From positions 4,928,001-4,992,000 of the forward strand of contig CBDFKD010000002.1 of assembly GCA_965248695.1 (NCBI GenBank): a stretch of 64,000 nt of DNA, written 5' to 3'. This document shows, piece by piece, positions 19,681-29,846 of the stretch. A program made the position numbers and the translations under genes. The notes beneath the pieces were generated by a model that searched no databases, was not told the origin of the DNA, and worked only from the letters and a program-made list of their open reading frames with translations. The stretch comes from Acidobacteriota bacterium (lineage in GTDB: Bacteria > Acidobacteriota > UBA890 > WLXD01). Every line of letters begins with the position of its first letter. Position 1 is the stretch's first letter.

Positions 19681-20976
19681 TTGCCACCGTTCGTATACGT
19701 CGAGGATCTCGCTGCTCACGTCGGCTCTGACGTACGTCTCCGCGGCTGGCTGTACAACAAGCGCTCCAGCGGGAAGATCGCGTTTCTCCAGGTTCGCGAT
19801 GGCACCGGCGTCGTGCAAGCGGTTGCCGTCCGCGGCAAGGTAGGCGAGCCGCTGTGGGAGCAAATCGATGCGCTCGGTCAGGAATCGTCGATCATCCTCA
19901 CTGGACAGGCAAAAGCAGACGAGCGGGCTCTGGGCGGCGTCGAGATCGGGTTGGCCGCCATTGACGTCGTCCAGTCAGTGCATGACTACCCGATCACACC
20001 CAAGGAGCACGGCATCGAGTTCTTAATGGATCGGCGGCACCTCTGGCTGCGTTCCTCGCAGCAACACGCCATTCTGCGCGTGCGGAGCAAGCTGGAGAAG
20101 CTGTGCCGCGACTACTTTCACGATCGTGGTTTCACGCTTATCGACAGCCCGGTGCTGACGCCGCTTTCGGTCGAGGGCACCACGAGCCTGTTCGAGACCG
20201 ACTACTTCGGACGACCGGCCTACCTCACGCAGAGTGGCCAGCTGTATCAGGAGGCCGGGGCGATGGCCCACGGCAAGGTGTTCTGCTTCGGCCCCACGTT
20301 CCGGGCTGAGAAATCCAAGACCCGTCGGCACTTGACGGAGTTCTGGATGCTGGAGCCCGAGGTGGCGTACGCCGACCTCGAGGAGATCATGGACCTGGCA
20401 GAGGACTTCATCGTCACGGTGGTGCAGCAGGCGCTGACGACGTGTGCCGGCGAGCTGACATCGCTCGAGCGCGATACGCAAGGATTGGAGGCGGTCCTCA
20501 GCCCGTTTCCGCGCGTCCACTACGACGAGGCGGTGCAGATTCTCCAGGACGCCGGCGAGGAGTTCGAATGGGGCAGTGACTTCGGGGGTGGCCACGAGAC
20601 GATCATCTCGGCAGCCTACGATCGCCCGGTCTTCATCAATCGCTTTCCGGCCAAGATCAAGCCGTTCTATATGGAGCCGGACGCCGAGCGCCCGGACCTG
20701 GTCCTCGGCTGCGACATGATCGCTCCGGAAGGCTACGGCGAGCTCGTCGGCGGCGGCCAGCGGATTCACGATCCGGAGCTGCTCGAAGCTCGCCTGCTCG
20801 AGCACGGGCTGCCGCTGGAGCCGTACGCGTGGTACAGCGATCTGCGACGCTACGGGACGGTGCCGCACTCGGGCTTCGGCATGGGGCTCGAACGCCTCGT
20901 GGCATGGGTCACCGGCCGACCTCATCTGCGCGAGACGATCCCGTTCCCCCGTATGCTGGGACGACTGGAGCCTTGA
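19681..20976 (+). CDS. asnS: Asparagine--tRNA ligase
   Basis: RDGTG, YLTQSGQL, FGPTFRAEKS.TRRHLTEFWM.EPE, HSGFGMGLER. Confidence 0.96.
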   Translation: MPPFVYVEDLAAHVGSDVRLRGWLYNKRSSGKIAFLQVRDGTGVVQAVAVRGKVGEPLWEQIDALGQESSIILTGQAKADERALGGVEIGLAAIDVVQSVHDYPITPKEHGIEFLMDRRHLWLRSSQQHAILRVRSKLEKLCRDYFHDRGFTLIDSPVLTPLSVEGTTSLFETDYFGRPAYLTQSGQLYQEAGAMAHGKVFCFGPTFRAEKSKTRRHLTEFWMLEPEVAYADLEEIMDLAEDFIVTVVQQALTTCAGELTSLERDTQGLEAVLSPFPRVHYDEAVQILQDAGEEFEWGSDFGGGHETIISAAYDRPVFINRFPAKIKPFYMEPDAERPDLVLGCDMIAPEGYGELVGGGQRIHDPELLEARLLEHGLPLEPYAWYSDLRRYGTVPHSGFGMGLERLVAWVTGRPHLRETIPFPRMLGRLEP

Positions 20977-21431
20977 GCGCGCTTGCTCACGGCTCGCGGT
21001 TTCTCACCAGTTGCGGCGGCATCGGTTTTCTCTGGCCGCCGGGAACCTGGGGATCGCTGCTGGGCCTCGTGCTTTTTGCACCGCTGCTCGCGCCCCGATC
21101 CATCGCCTTCCAATCGGCGGCGACGGTGATGGTGATCGTTGTCGGATCGCTGGCCGCATCCCACGTGAGTCGAGTCGTGGGAACGGAAGACCCGTCCGAG
21201 GTAGTTATCGATGAGCTGGCCGGCATGTGGGTCGGGCTGCTCGGCACCAGCGGGTGGGTACCCGGGGTGCTGGCGTTCATCCTCTTCCGCTTCTTCGATA
21301 TCGCCAAACCGTTCCCGGTGCGCCAGGCCGAGGCGTTGCCCGCAGGCTGGGGCATCATGGCCGACGATGTGCTCGCCGGGCTCTACACGCTCGTGCTGGT
21401 ACAGCTGGCCACGCCATGGCTTCCGATCTGA
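20973..21431 (+). CDS. pgpA: Phosphatidylglycerophosphatase A
   Basis: PGTWGS, DPSEVVIDE, FRFFDI.KP.P, GIMADD..AG. Confidence 0.93.
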   Translation: MSALAHGSRFLTSCGGIGFLWPPGTWGSLLGLVLFAPLLAPRSIAFQSAATVMVIVVGSLAASHVSRVVGTEDPSEVVIDELAGMWVGLLGTSGWVPGVLAFILFRFFDIAKPFPVRQAEALPAGWGIMADDVLAGLYTLVLVQLATPWLPI

Positions 21432-21934
21432 CCGACGTCGATGCGCTCGCGGGGAGCGTGGTTGCCATGCTGACGGCGGGCGGCGAGACGGTGGCGCTGG
21501 TGGAGTCGTGCACCGGCGGCGAGGTGGGTGCCGCCCTGACCCGTACTCCGGGGGCGTCGGCGTGCTTCTGGGGATCTGTAGTGGCCTACTCGGGCGACGC
21601 CAAGCACCTGCTGGTGGGCATCACCATCGAGGCCCTCGATGCGCAGGGCACGGTCTCTGAGGCCACCACGAACGACCTGGCGGAGCGCGTCCGAGGGCTG
21701 GCGCGCAGCACCTACGGCGCTGCGGTTACCGGCTGGGCAGGCCCGCAAACCGACGGCCCTGATCCGGTGGGAACGGTGTACGTCGCGGTTTCAGCAGCTC
21801 ATGGCGTCTGGGCGCGACGCTGCGTATACGATGGCGACCGTGCCGCCGTACGCCAGGCTGCAACGATCTGCCTGTTGCAGGGCATCCTTGAAGTGGCCGG
21901 GCCCGATCACCGCACCGCGCCCCTGCAGGAGTAG
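21416..21934 (+). CDS. CinA C-terminal domain protein (PncC-like NMN deamidase)
   Basis: ESCTGG, PGAS..F.G.VVAYS..AK, VTGWAGP, PVGTVY. Confidence 0.88.
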   Translation: MASDLTDVDALAGSVVAMLTAGGETVALVESCTGGEVGAALTRTPGASACFWGSVVAYSGDAKHLLVGITIEALDAQGTVSEATTNDLAERVRGLARSTYGAAVTGWAGPQTDGPDPVGTVYVAVSAAHGVWARRCVYDGDRAAVRQAATICLLQGILEVAGPDHRTAPLQE

Positions 21935-21936
21935 CC

Positions 21937-22536
21937 GTGGAGACAGCTTTGGTGGCCTTTCTTTCCGGATTCGCTGTCGGCAGCGTTCCGTTCGGGCTGC
22001 TGCTGGTGCGCGGCCTCGGCCGCGGCGATATCCGCTCGGTCGGCAGTGGCAACATTGGCGCCACCAACGTTGGTCGCCTCCTGGGGCCTGCCGGCTGGGC
22101 CACGACGCTGGCGGCTGACGCAGGCAAGGGGGCGGCGGGCGTATTGCTCGGCGGCATGCTGGCATCGGCTGGCCCGGTGCCGGGTGTGGCGGGTGCCGTG
22201 GGTGCCGTACTCGGACATTGCTTTCCGCCTTGGCTGCGCGGCCGTGGTGGCAAGGGCGTGGCGACGATGTTCGGCGCCTTCGGGGTGCTCAGCCCAGTGG
22301 CGACACTGATGGCGCTGGCGGCCTTCGGACTCGTGGCCGCCTGGTTCCGAACCGTGTCGATGGCGTCGCTGAGTGCCGCCGTGCTCCTGCCGGTCGCCAG
22401 CTGGCTCGTGAATGACCCCGTCGCCGTGGTCGCCGGTGCCGCCGTCGTTGCCCTGGTGGTGGTGTGGCGCCATCGTGGCAACATCGTGCGGCTTCGCGCT
22501 GGCAGCGAGGCGCGGGTCGGGGGCGGGCAACCATGA
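21937..22536 (+). CDS. plsY: Glycerol-3-phosphate acyltransferase PlsY
   Basis: GSVPFG, DIR..GSGNIGATNV.R, GHCFP, GGKGVAT, HRGNI.RL..G.E. Confidence 0.96.
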   Translation: METALVAFLSGFAVGSVPFGLLLVRGLGRGDIRSVGSGNIGATNVGRLLGPAGWATTLAADAGKGAAGVLLGGMLASAGPVPGVAGAVGAVLGHCFPPWLRGRGGKGVATMFGAFGVLSPVATLMALAAFGLVAAWFRTVSMASLSAAVLLPVASWLVNDPVAVVAGAAVVALVVVWRHRGNIVRLRAGSEARVGGGQP

Positions 22537-23558
22537 CCAGGGCCAATGCGACGCGGGCCGCGACCGTTGCCGTCGTAGGGGCGGGCTCCTGGGGAACGGC
22601 GCTGGCTATTCACGCTGCCACGGCCGGACACGACGTCGTTCTCTGGGGGCACGACGCGGATCGAGTGGCCCGCATGGACAAGGAGCGCGAGAACGTAGCG
22701 TACCTGGCCGACATTCCGCTTCCGTTGAGTCTGAGAGTCTCTACCGACGCGCGGGTTACGTTGTCCGGCGCGGGGCTGGTGATCAGCGCCGTGCCATCCC
22801 GTTTCCTGCGCGATGTGTGGGCGCGTCTGGGACCCGACGTGGATTCGACGTCGCACCTGATCTCGGCCACCAAGGGGATTGAAGAGGACAGCGGTCTCCG
22901 CATGACACAGGTGCTCGAGGAGGTGATCCCGGGCTCCGTGCGGTCGCTGTCGTCGCTGTCCGGCCCGTCATTCGCGCGCGAGCTCGCCGAGGGGCAGCCT
23001 ACTGCCGTGGCCCTTGGCTGCACCGATGCGGCGGCCGCCCGCGAGGTGCAGGCAGCGCTCAGCTTCGGCCCGTTGCGTGTGTATCGCAACCCCGACCTCA
23101 TCGGCGTCGAGATCGCCGGCGCGCTGAAGAACGTCATCGCGTTGGCGGCGGGGATCGTCGCCGGTCTCGGCCTCGGGTCGAACAGCAGCGCCGCGTTGAT
23201 CTGTCGCGGTCTGAAGGAGATGTCGGCCCTCGCCAACCAGCTTGGCGGGCGACCGGAGACGATGATGGGTCTGGCAGGTTTGGGCGATCTGGTGCTCACC
23301 TGTAACGGGCCCTTGAGCCGCAATCGCGGTGTCGGGGTGGCCATTGGCCGCGGTCAGAGTCTCGACTCGGCAACACGTGACATGACGATGGTCGCCGAGG
23401 GAGTCGCCACGACCCGCTCGGTGCGTCAAATTGCCCGCCGGCATGGGGTGGAGATGCCGATCACGGAGCAGGTCTATCAAGTGCTGTACGGCGACAAGCC
23501 GGCACGGCAGGCGATCGAGGAGCTGCTCGCGCGCGCCCTGGTAGAGGAGTGGGGCTAG
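22533..23558 (+). CDS. gpsA: NAD(P)H-dependent glycerol-3-phosphate dehydrogenase
   Basis: GAGSWGTALA, TKGIE, LSGPSFA, GALKNVIA, GLGDLVLTC, SRNR, AEG. Confidence 0.97.
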   Translation: MTRANATRAATVAVVGAGSWGTALAIHAATAGHDVVLWGHDADRVARMDKERENVAYLADIPLPLSLRVSTDARVTLSGAGLVISAVPSRFLRDVWARLGPDVDSTSHLISATKGIEEDSGLRMTQVLEEVIPGSVRSLSSLSGPSFARELAEGQPTAVALGCTDAAAAREVQAALSFGPLRVYRNPDLIGVEIAGALKNVIALAAGIVAGLGLGSNSSAALICRGLKEMSALANQLGGRPETMMGLAGLGDLVLTCNGPLSRNRGVGVAIGRGQSLDSATRDMTMVAEGVATTRSVRQIARRHGVEMPITEQVYQVLYGDKPARQAIEELLARALVEEWG

Positions 23559-23626
23559 CGTGCTACGATCTTGGGGATTGCCGGGGGGCTGTCAGGTTCT
23601 GTATGTACACTCGTCGGGGGACGCGC

Positions 23627-24427
23627 ATGCTCCGGATCGTTGCCTTTGCGCTCTTGCTTCACAGTCTGATCGGCGTACCGGTTGTCCCGGCTCAGCGCGC
23701 CATCGACCCCTTGATCTCCAACAGTGAGGATCCGACCGAGCTGCAGCAGCTGGCGGTCCAGTTCATTGCCAACAACCAGCCCAGACAAGCGCTGGCAGCA
23801 TTGCGCAAGTCGGTCGGGATCTATTCGGAGAACGCCGAGTCGCACATGTGGCTCGGAGTGGTCTATACGCAGCTCGACGAGTTCGATGCCGCCGAAGCGG
23901 AGTACCGCGCCGCCTTACAGATCAACCCGCTGCTCACCGAGACGCACAACTGGTTCGGTGTGCATTGGGCTCGGCGAGGTGATCTGGCGCATGCGATCGA
24001 GCAGTATCGCGCCGCCTTGGACGACCCGGCCTTCCCGCGCATCTCGCGTGCCCGCGTGCTGGTGAATCTGGGCAACGTCTATCTCCAGCAAGGCGATGTG
24101 GAAGCGGCGATTCCGGCTTTCAGCGAGGCGACACGCGCGTCGGTACCCTCTAGCGATCCCTTGTTTGCGCTGATGCACATGTCGCTCGCCGACGCGTTGA
24201 TCAAGAACGGGCGCCCTCGCGAGGCGCTCGGAGCGTTGGGGAATCTCGGCGTCCTGCCATCGTCGCCGCGTGGGGAGCTACTGCGAGGGCTGGCGTTCCG
24301 GGACCTCGGCACCAACGCCGAGGCAGTGGATCACCTGCAGGAAGTACTGCGCATGGCGCCCGGCAGTGAGCTCGCCGAACAGGCGCTGGAGATCCTTCGC
24401 CAGCTGCAAAGCGCAGGATCCAACTGA
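23627..24427 (+). CDS. Secreted tetratricopeptide-repeat protein (PilF/PilW-like)
   Basis: Hydrophobic signal-like N-terminus and several TPR units (HMWLGVVY…AL.INP, LVNLGNVY). Extended -10 TGcTACGAT at 23561-23569. Confidence 0.75.
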   Translation: MLRIVAFALLLHSLIGVPVVPAQRAIDPLISNSEDPTELQQLAVQFIANNQPRQALAALRKSVGIYSENAESHMWLGVVYTQLDEFDAAEAEYRAALQINPLLTETHNWFGVHWARRGDLAHAIEQYRAALDDPAFPRISRARVLVNLGNVYLQQGDVEAAIPAFSEATRASVPSSDPLFALMHMSLADALIKNGRPREALGALGNLGVLPSSPRGELLRGLAFRDLGTNAEAVDHLQEVLRMAPGSELAEQALEILRQLQSAGSN

Positions 24428-24498
24428 ATCCTGCGGGCGGCGAAAGTGCCCTTTGTTGATCTCGCTAGCATCTCCCTCCCACGAACGTCACCACGCCT

Positions 24499-25407
24499 AT
24501 GACCAGGGGCAGTAGCTTCCTGATCCGTTCGCTCCGCAACAGCCGCGCCCGGTTGGCGTCGGCGATCGGGCGTCTGGTGCCAGGTGGCGGGCTCACAGAG
24601 CACGATATCGCGCTGCTGGAGGAAGCACTCATCGGTGCCGATGTCGCTGTCGAGATGGTTGAAGATCTCCTGCAGGCGGTGCGCGGCGCTCAAACCGATC
24701 CTGGCGCGGCACGCGCGGCGCTCGCCGCGGCGATGATCGAGGTGCTCGACGTCGCCGCGCGAGGCAAGCAGGTGCCCACCGCCCATCCGCTCGTCGTGCT
24801 CCTGGTCGGCGTCAACGGGTCCGGCAAGACCACCACCGCTGCCAAGCTCGCTAGCTGGTATCTGGCGCGCGGGAAGACACCGATTCTCGGAGCGGCCGAT
24901 ACGTTCCGGGCTGCCGCCGTGGAGCAGCTGCGCACGTGGGGACAGCGGCTCGATGTGCGGGTCGTGGCGCACGCGCAGGGCGGCGACCCGGCCGCGGTAG
25001 CCTTCGATACCTGCGAGGCGGCGGTAGCCGGCGACGCCGACGTCGCCATCATCGACACCGCCGGCCGGCTGCAAACGCACGACAACTTGATGTTGGAGCT
25101 CGACAAGATTCGAAGGGTCATTGCGCGGGTAGTCGATGGTGCGCCCCACGAGATACTCCTGGTGCTCGATGGCACTACGGGGCAGAACGGCCTACGCCAG
25201 GCGGAGCAGTTTCTGAGCCACGCCGGTGTTACCGGGCTGGTCCTCGCCAAGCTCGACGGCACCGCCAAGGGCGGTGTGGCGCTGACGATCGCCCGCCGTC
25301 TGGAGCTGCCAATCCGGTTCGTCGGCACGGGCGAGAAGGCCGAGGACCTCGCGAGTTTCGATGCCGCCGGTTATGTTGAAGCGCTCATCGGAGGCCCCGA
25401 CGAATGA
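24499..25407 (+). CDS. ftsY: SRP receptor FtsY (no acidic A domain)
   Basis: GVNGSGKTTT, DTFRAAA, DTAGR, DGTTGQNG, KLDGTAKGG. Confidence 0.97.
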   Translation: MTRGSSFLIRSLRNSRARLASAIGRLVPGGGLTEHDIALLEEALIGADVAVEMVEDLLQAVRGAQTDPGAARAALAAAMIEVLDVAARGKQVPTAHPLVVLLVGVNGSGKTTTAAKLASWYLARGKTPILGAADTFRAAAVEQLRTWGQRLDVRVVAHAQGGDPAAVAFDTCEAAVAGDADVAIIDTAGRLQTHDNLMLELDKIRRVIARVVDGAPHEILLVLDGTTGQNGLRQAEQFLSHAGVTGLVLAKLDGTAKGGVALTIARRLELPIRFVGTGEKAEDLASFDAAGYVEALIGGPDE

Positions 25408-26540
25408 GCGATCGATCGGCTACCCATGGCGACGAACATCTGGCCTATGTCCAGGAGTGCCTCGAGCTTGCCGCCCAGGCGCGCGGCGACACTGGCCCCA
25501 ACCCCCTCGTCGGCGCCGTGGTGGTCGACAACGGCGAGATCGTCGGTCGCGGTTATCACCGCCGCTGCGGGGACGCCCACGCGGAGCAGGTGGCACTGGC
25601 GCAGGCGGGGGCTGCGGCGCGCGGCGCGACCCTTTACACGAACGTGGAACCCTGTTGCCACCAAGGCCGCACACCGCCCTGCGTCGATACCATTATCGCG
25701 GCTGGCATTCGCGCGGTGGTGTCGTCGCATCGCGATCCGGATGATCGCGTCGACGGACGCGGCTTCGAGGCTTTGCGAGCCGCCGGCGTGGACACCACGA
25801 TCGGTCCGTTGGCGACGGAGGCCGCGGAGCTCAACGCTGCCTATTTGAAGCTCAAGCGCACCGGGAGACCGCTCGTTATTGCCAAGGCGGCGTTGTCGTT
25901 GGATGGTCGCATGGCCACCAGGACGATGGCCTCGCAGTGGATCACCGGCGAGGAAGCGCGAAGCTTCACGCACGGCATTCGTAGCACCGTCGACGCGGTG
26001 CTCGTTGGCATCGGCACGCTGCTGCACGACGATCCGCGACTTACCGCGCGGGCACCGGGCGCTCACCAGCCCCGCTATCGCGGGGTCGTCGATGCGCGTC
26101 TGGACACCCCGCCTGCCGCCCGGCTGCTGCAGGAGTGCGTCGGGGCGCCGCTGGTGATTACCAGCGCGTCGGCCGATGCGGATCGGCGCCAGCGACTCGA
26201 AGCGCAGGGCGCGCAGGTGATCGATGCGAACGAGATGCCCTCGGGCCGCATCGACCTCGACGACATGCTGCTTCGGCTCGGTGCGCTCGACGTGGCCTCG
26301 GTCTTGGTGGAGGGGGGGAGCGCCTTGCTCACCAGCGCTTTCGAGCTTGGTATAATCGACAAAGTGGTGCTGTTCTACGCTCCGCTATTGATCGGGGGGC
26401 AAGAGGCGCTCCCGCTTTGGGGCGGCGATGGCATCGACCAGCTTGCGTCCGCTCCTCGGGTACAGCGAGTTCGCCTGCACCGACTCGGTTCCGATTGGGC
26501 GATCGAAGGGTATCTGCGGCCGCCCGAGGTGCCCGCTTAG
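25404..26540 (+). CDS. ribD: Riboflavin biosynthesis deaminase/reductase RibD
   Basis: PNPLVGAV, HAE, EPCCHQGRTPPC, SLDG, WITG, VEGG. Confidence 0.97.
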   Translation: MSDRSATHGDEHLAYVQECLELAAQARGDTGPNPLVGAVVVDNGEIVGRGYHRRCGDAHAEQVALAQAGAAARGATLYTNVEPCCHQGRTPPCVDTIIAAGIRAVVSSHRDPDDRVDGRGFEALRAAGVDTTIGPLATEAAELNAAYLKLKRTGRPLVIAKAALSLDGRMATRTMASQWITGEEARSFTHGIRSTVDAVLVGIGTLLHDDPRLTARAPGAHQPRYRGVVDARLDTPPAARLLQECVGAPLVITSASADADRRQRLEAQGAQVIDANEMPSGRIDLDDMLLRLGALDVASVLVEGGSALLTSAFELGIIDKVVLFYAPLLIGGQEALPLWGGDGIDQLASAPRVQRVRLHRLGSDWAIEGYLRPPEVPA

Positions 26541-26604
26541 CACCACAGATCCCCCCTCTTTTCCGGTGCCACCTACTTGAGTGGCTCCCGGGACCCTGGC
26601 GCCC

Positions 26605-27243
26605 ATGTTTACCGGTCTGGTTGAAGAAGTCGGTACCGTCGTAGGCATCGATCCCTTGCCGCGGGGATCGCGCCTTCGTATCGCAGCCGCGGGCGTGCTC
26701 CATGACCTGGCCCAGGGAGAAAGCATCGCGGTGGACGGCGTCTGTTTGACGGCGCTGGACATCGACTCGACCGGGTTTGGGGCGGATGTTTCCCCCGAGA
26801 CCATCGCCCGCTGCAACGTGTCGCAGTATCGGATTGGCACGGAGGTGAACCTCGAGCGTGCGCTGCGGGTTGGTCAGCGCCTCGGTGGCCATTTCGTCCA
26901 AGGGCACGTCGATGGCGTTTGCCGCGTTTTGACCTCTAGTGACGAGGACGACTTCATCCGCCTCACCTTCGAGATTCCCGACGGATTGCGCGGCTACCTC
27001 GTCTCGAAAGGTTCCGTATCGCTAAACGGGGTATCGTTGACCGTTGCCAGCCTTCAAGAGCGCTCGTTCGATGTACAACTGGTACCGCATACGCTCGAGC
27101 GCACCAACCTCACGTCCGAGGACCGTTGCGAGACGCTCAACCTCGAGGTCGACATGCTGGGCAAGTACGTCGCCCAGCTGCTCGAGCATAGCCGCGCACC
27201 TGGTCTGACCGCCGAGGGCACGGAACGCCCGGGCGCAGGATAA
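26605..27243 (+). CDS. ribE: Riboflavin synthase (alpha chain)
   Basis: [39 protein letters not shown]. Confidence 0.96.
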   Translation: MFTGLVEEVGTVVGIDPLPRGSRLRIAAAGVLHDLAQGESIAVDGVCLTALDIDSTGFGADVSPETIARCNVSQYRIGTEVNLERALRVGQRLGGHFVQGHVDGVCRVLTSSDEDDFIRLTFEIPDGLRGYLVSKGSVSLNGVSLTVASLQERSFDVQLVPHTLERTNLTSEDRCETLNLEVDMLGKYVAQLLEHSRAPGLTAEGTERPGAG

Positions 27244-27287
27244 CCAAGACAGACGCTCTGGCGCTGTCGAACGGAAAGACGCTCCGA

Positions 27288-28493
27288 ATGGCCTTTGCGA
27301 CCATAGAAGACGGAATCGCCGACATTCGTGCCGGCCGCATGGTGATCGTGGTCGACGATGAGGACCGCGAAAACGAGGGCGATCTGACCATCGCCGCCGA
27401 GATGGTGACACCGGACGCCATCAATTTCATGGCCAAGCACGGGCGGGGGCTGATCTGTCTGTCGATGACCCGGCAGCGGCTCCAGGAACTGGAGATCCCG
27501 CTCATGGTGTCGGAGAACTCCTCGCGATTTAATACCGCGTTCTGCGTCTCGATCGAGGCGAGCCGCGGAGTGTCGACCGGAATCTCCGCCGCCGATCGGA
27601 GTGCCACGGTGCAGACCGCAATTCACGCCGACACCGCGCCGGGTGACCTGGCGCGTCCGGGTCACATGTTTCCGCTGCGCGCAGTCGACGGGGGCGTGCT
27701 GCAGCGGGCCGGGCAGACCGAGGCAGCGGTCGACCTGGCTCGAATCGCCGGTTTGTACCCGGCGGGCGTCATCTGCGAGGTCATGAACGAGGACGGCACG
27801 ATGGCGCGTGTCCCCGACCTGGAGCGCTTTGCAGAGGCGCACGATATCAAGGTGATCGCGGTGGCGGACCTCATCCATTACCGGCTGCGCACCGAACGCT
27901 TCGTGAAGCGTGTGGCATCACCCGAGCTGCCGACCGGCCACGGCGACTTTCGCATATACGCCTACGAGAACGAGCTCGACGGGAAAGAGCACGTGGCGCT
28001 GGTGATGGGCGACGTGAGCACCCCGGAGCCGGTGCTGGTGCGGGTGCACTCCGAGTGCCTTACCGGGGATGTGTTCGGATCGAATCGTTGTGACTGCGGC
28101 GAGCAGCTGGATTCGGCCCTGTGCCGGATCGCCACCGAGGGGCGTGGGATCCTCATCTATCTGCGCCAGGAAGGTCGCGGCATCGGTCTGCACAACAAGC
28201 TCCGAGCCTACGAGCTGCAGGACGAAGGCGCCGATACGGTCGAGGCCAATGAGGCGCTCGGCTTCAAGGCCGACCAGCGCGAATACGGCATCGGCGCGCA
28301 GATGCTGACCGATCTGGGCGCATCGAGGTTGCGCGTGATGACCAACAACCCGCGCAAGTTCGTGGGGCTGTCGGGCTACGGACTGGAGATCGTCGAGCGG
28401 CTGTCTATCGAGATCCCGCCGCAGTCCGAGTCGACACGTCGGTACCTGAAGACCAAGAAAGAGAAGCTCGGGCACAGACTCGAGTCTGTCTGA
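27288..28493 (+). CDS. ribBA: Bifunctional DHBP synthase / GTP cyclohydrolase II
   Basis: [44 protein letters not shown]. Confidence 0.97.
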   Translation: MAFATIEDGIADIRAGRMVIVVDDEDRENEGDLTIAAEMVTPDAINFMAKHGRGLICLSMTRQRLQELEIPLMVSENSSRFNTAFCVSIEASRGVSTGISAADRSATVQTAIHADTAPGDLARPGHMFPLRAVDGGVLQRAGQTEAAVDLARIAGLYPAGVICEVMNEDGTMARVPDLERFAEAHDIKVIAVADLIHYRLRTERFVKRVASPELPTGHGDFRIYAYENELDGKEHVALVMGDVSTPEPVLVRVHSECLTGDVFGSNRCDCGEQLDSALCRIATEGRGILIYLRQEGRGIGLHNKLRAYELQDEGADTVEANEALGFKADQREYGIGAQMLTDLGASRLRVMTNNPRKFVGLSGYGLEIVERLSIEIPPQSESTRRYLKTKKEKLGHRLESV

Positions 28494-28514
28494 GCTCCGG
28501 AGACCCACGGACGC

Positions 28515-29846
28515 ATGTTCGAGCAGCTCACCGAACGCCTGCAAGGGACGCTGCGCAAGCTTCGCGGCACCGTCAAGGTCGACGAAGCCAGCTTCGTCGA
28601 AGTGGCGCGCGATCTTCGTCTGGCGCTGCTGGAGGCTGATGTTCATTTCGGCGTCGTCAAGGATTTTCTGGAGCGCGTAAGGGCCCAGGCGCTGGGCGAG
28701 AAAGTGACGGCTTCGCTTTCGCCCGGTCAGCAGGTCATCAAGATCGTGCACGCGGAGCTCATCGAGCTGCTCGGAGGCGAGCCGCAACAGCTGCGACTGG
28801 ACGGGTCGACGCCGCATGTGCTCATGGTCGTGGGGCTGCAAGGCACGGGCAAGACCACCACCGTTGCCAAGCTGGGCAACTGGCTACGGTCGAACGGCCG
28901 CTCGCCGCTCTTGGTGAGCACCGACGTCCACCGGCCCGCGGCTCGCGATCAGCTCCGCATTCTTGCCGAGGCCGCGGGCCTGCAGGTTTACGACGGCGAT
29001 GAGTCGACTGCCACGGACCTGGCGACCGCCGCGCTCGCGGCGGCCCGTCGGCGCGGTGACGATGTCCTGCTCGTCGATACGGCGGGGCGACTCCACATCG
29101 ATGCCGACATGATGGCCGAGGCCAGGGATGTAGCGCGAGCCGTGAATCCCGAGCGCGTTCTCTACGTTGCCGATGCCATGGTCGGGCAAGACGCCGTCCA
29201 GGCCGCGACCGCGTTCGGCGAGGCGCTGCCCCTGGACGGTCACGTGTTGACCAAGCTCGACGGGGATGCCCGCGGTGGCGCGTCGTTGTCGGTGGTGGCA
29301 GTCACGGGCTTGCCGATCTTCTTCGCCGGAGTCGGCGAGACGATCGAGGATTTCGAGGTCTTTCGCCCTGATCGGATAGCGTCGCGCATCCTCGGTATGG
29401 GGGATGTGCTTACGCTGATCGAGAAGGTGCAGGAGAATGTCGATGCCGAGGCCGCTGCGAGCATGGAGAAGCGAGCCCGGCGGGGCGAGCTCAACCTCGA
29501 AGACTTCCAGCAACAACTGTCGCAGATTCGTAAGATGGGGCCGTTGTCGCAGATACTCGAGATGATTCCGGGGGCAAGCTCGGCCCCGGGCCTGAAGCAG
29601 ATGGCGCCCGACGAGGGCGAGCTTCGAAAGATCCAGGCGATCATCGATTCGATGACCGTACAGGAGCGGAGACGACCGAAGATCATCAGCCGCAGCCGGA
29701 AGTTGAGGATAGCGTCGGGTAGCGGCAGCGGCATCCAGGATGTCAATCGACTACTGAAACGATTCGCCCAGACCAAGAAGATGATGAAGAAGCTCGGCAA
29801 GAAGGGCCGAGGCGGCATGCCCTGGGCGAACCTGCCGGGCCTGTGA
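28515..29846 (+). CDS. ffh: Signal recognition particle protein Ffh
   Basis: GLQGTGKTT, DTAGR, KLDGDARGG, RILGMGD, M domain IIDSMT..ER. Confidence 0.98.
   Translation: MFEQLTERLQGTLRKLRGTVKVDEASFVEVARDLRLALLEADVHFGVVKDFLERVRAQALGEKVTASLSPGQQVIKIVHAELIELLGGEPQQLRLDGSTPHVLMVVGLQGTGKTTTVAKLGNWLRSNGRSPLLVSTDVHRPAARDQLRILAEAAGLQVYDGDESTATDLATAALAAARRRGDDVLLVDTAGRLHIDADMMAEARDVARAVNPERVLYVADAMVGQDAVQAATAFGEALPLDGHVLTKLDGDARGGASLSVVAVTGLPIFFAGVGETIEDFEVFRPDRIASRILGMGDVLTLIEKVQENVDAEAAASMEKRARRGELNLEDFQQQLSQIRKMGPLSQILEMIPGASSAPGLKQMAPDEGELRKIQAIIDSMTVQERRRPKIISRSRKLRIASGSGSGIQDVNRLLKRFAQTKKMMKKLGKKGRGGMPWANLPGL

Noticed and set aside
25350-26604. FMN riboswitch for the rib genes
   Set aside because: ribD overlaps ftsY. 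The 64-bp ribD-ribE gap has only a small GCCAC/GTGGC hairpin and lacks the RFN consensus.
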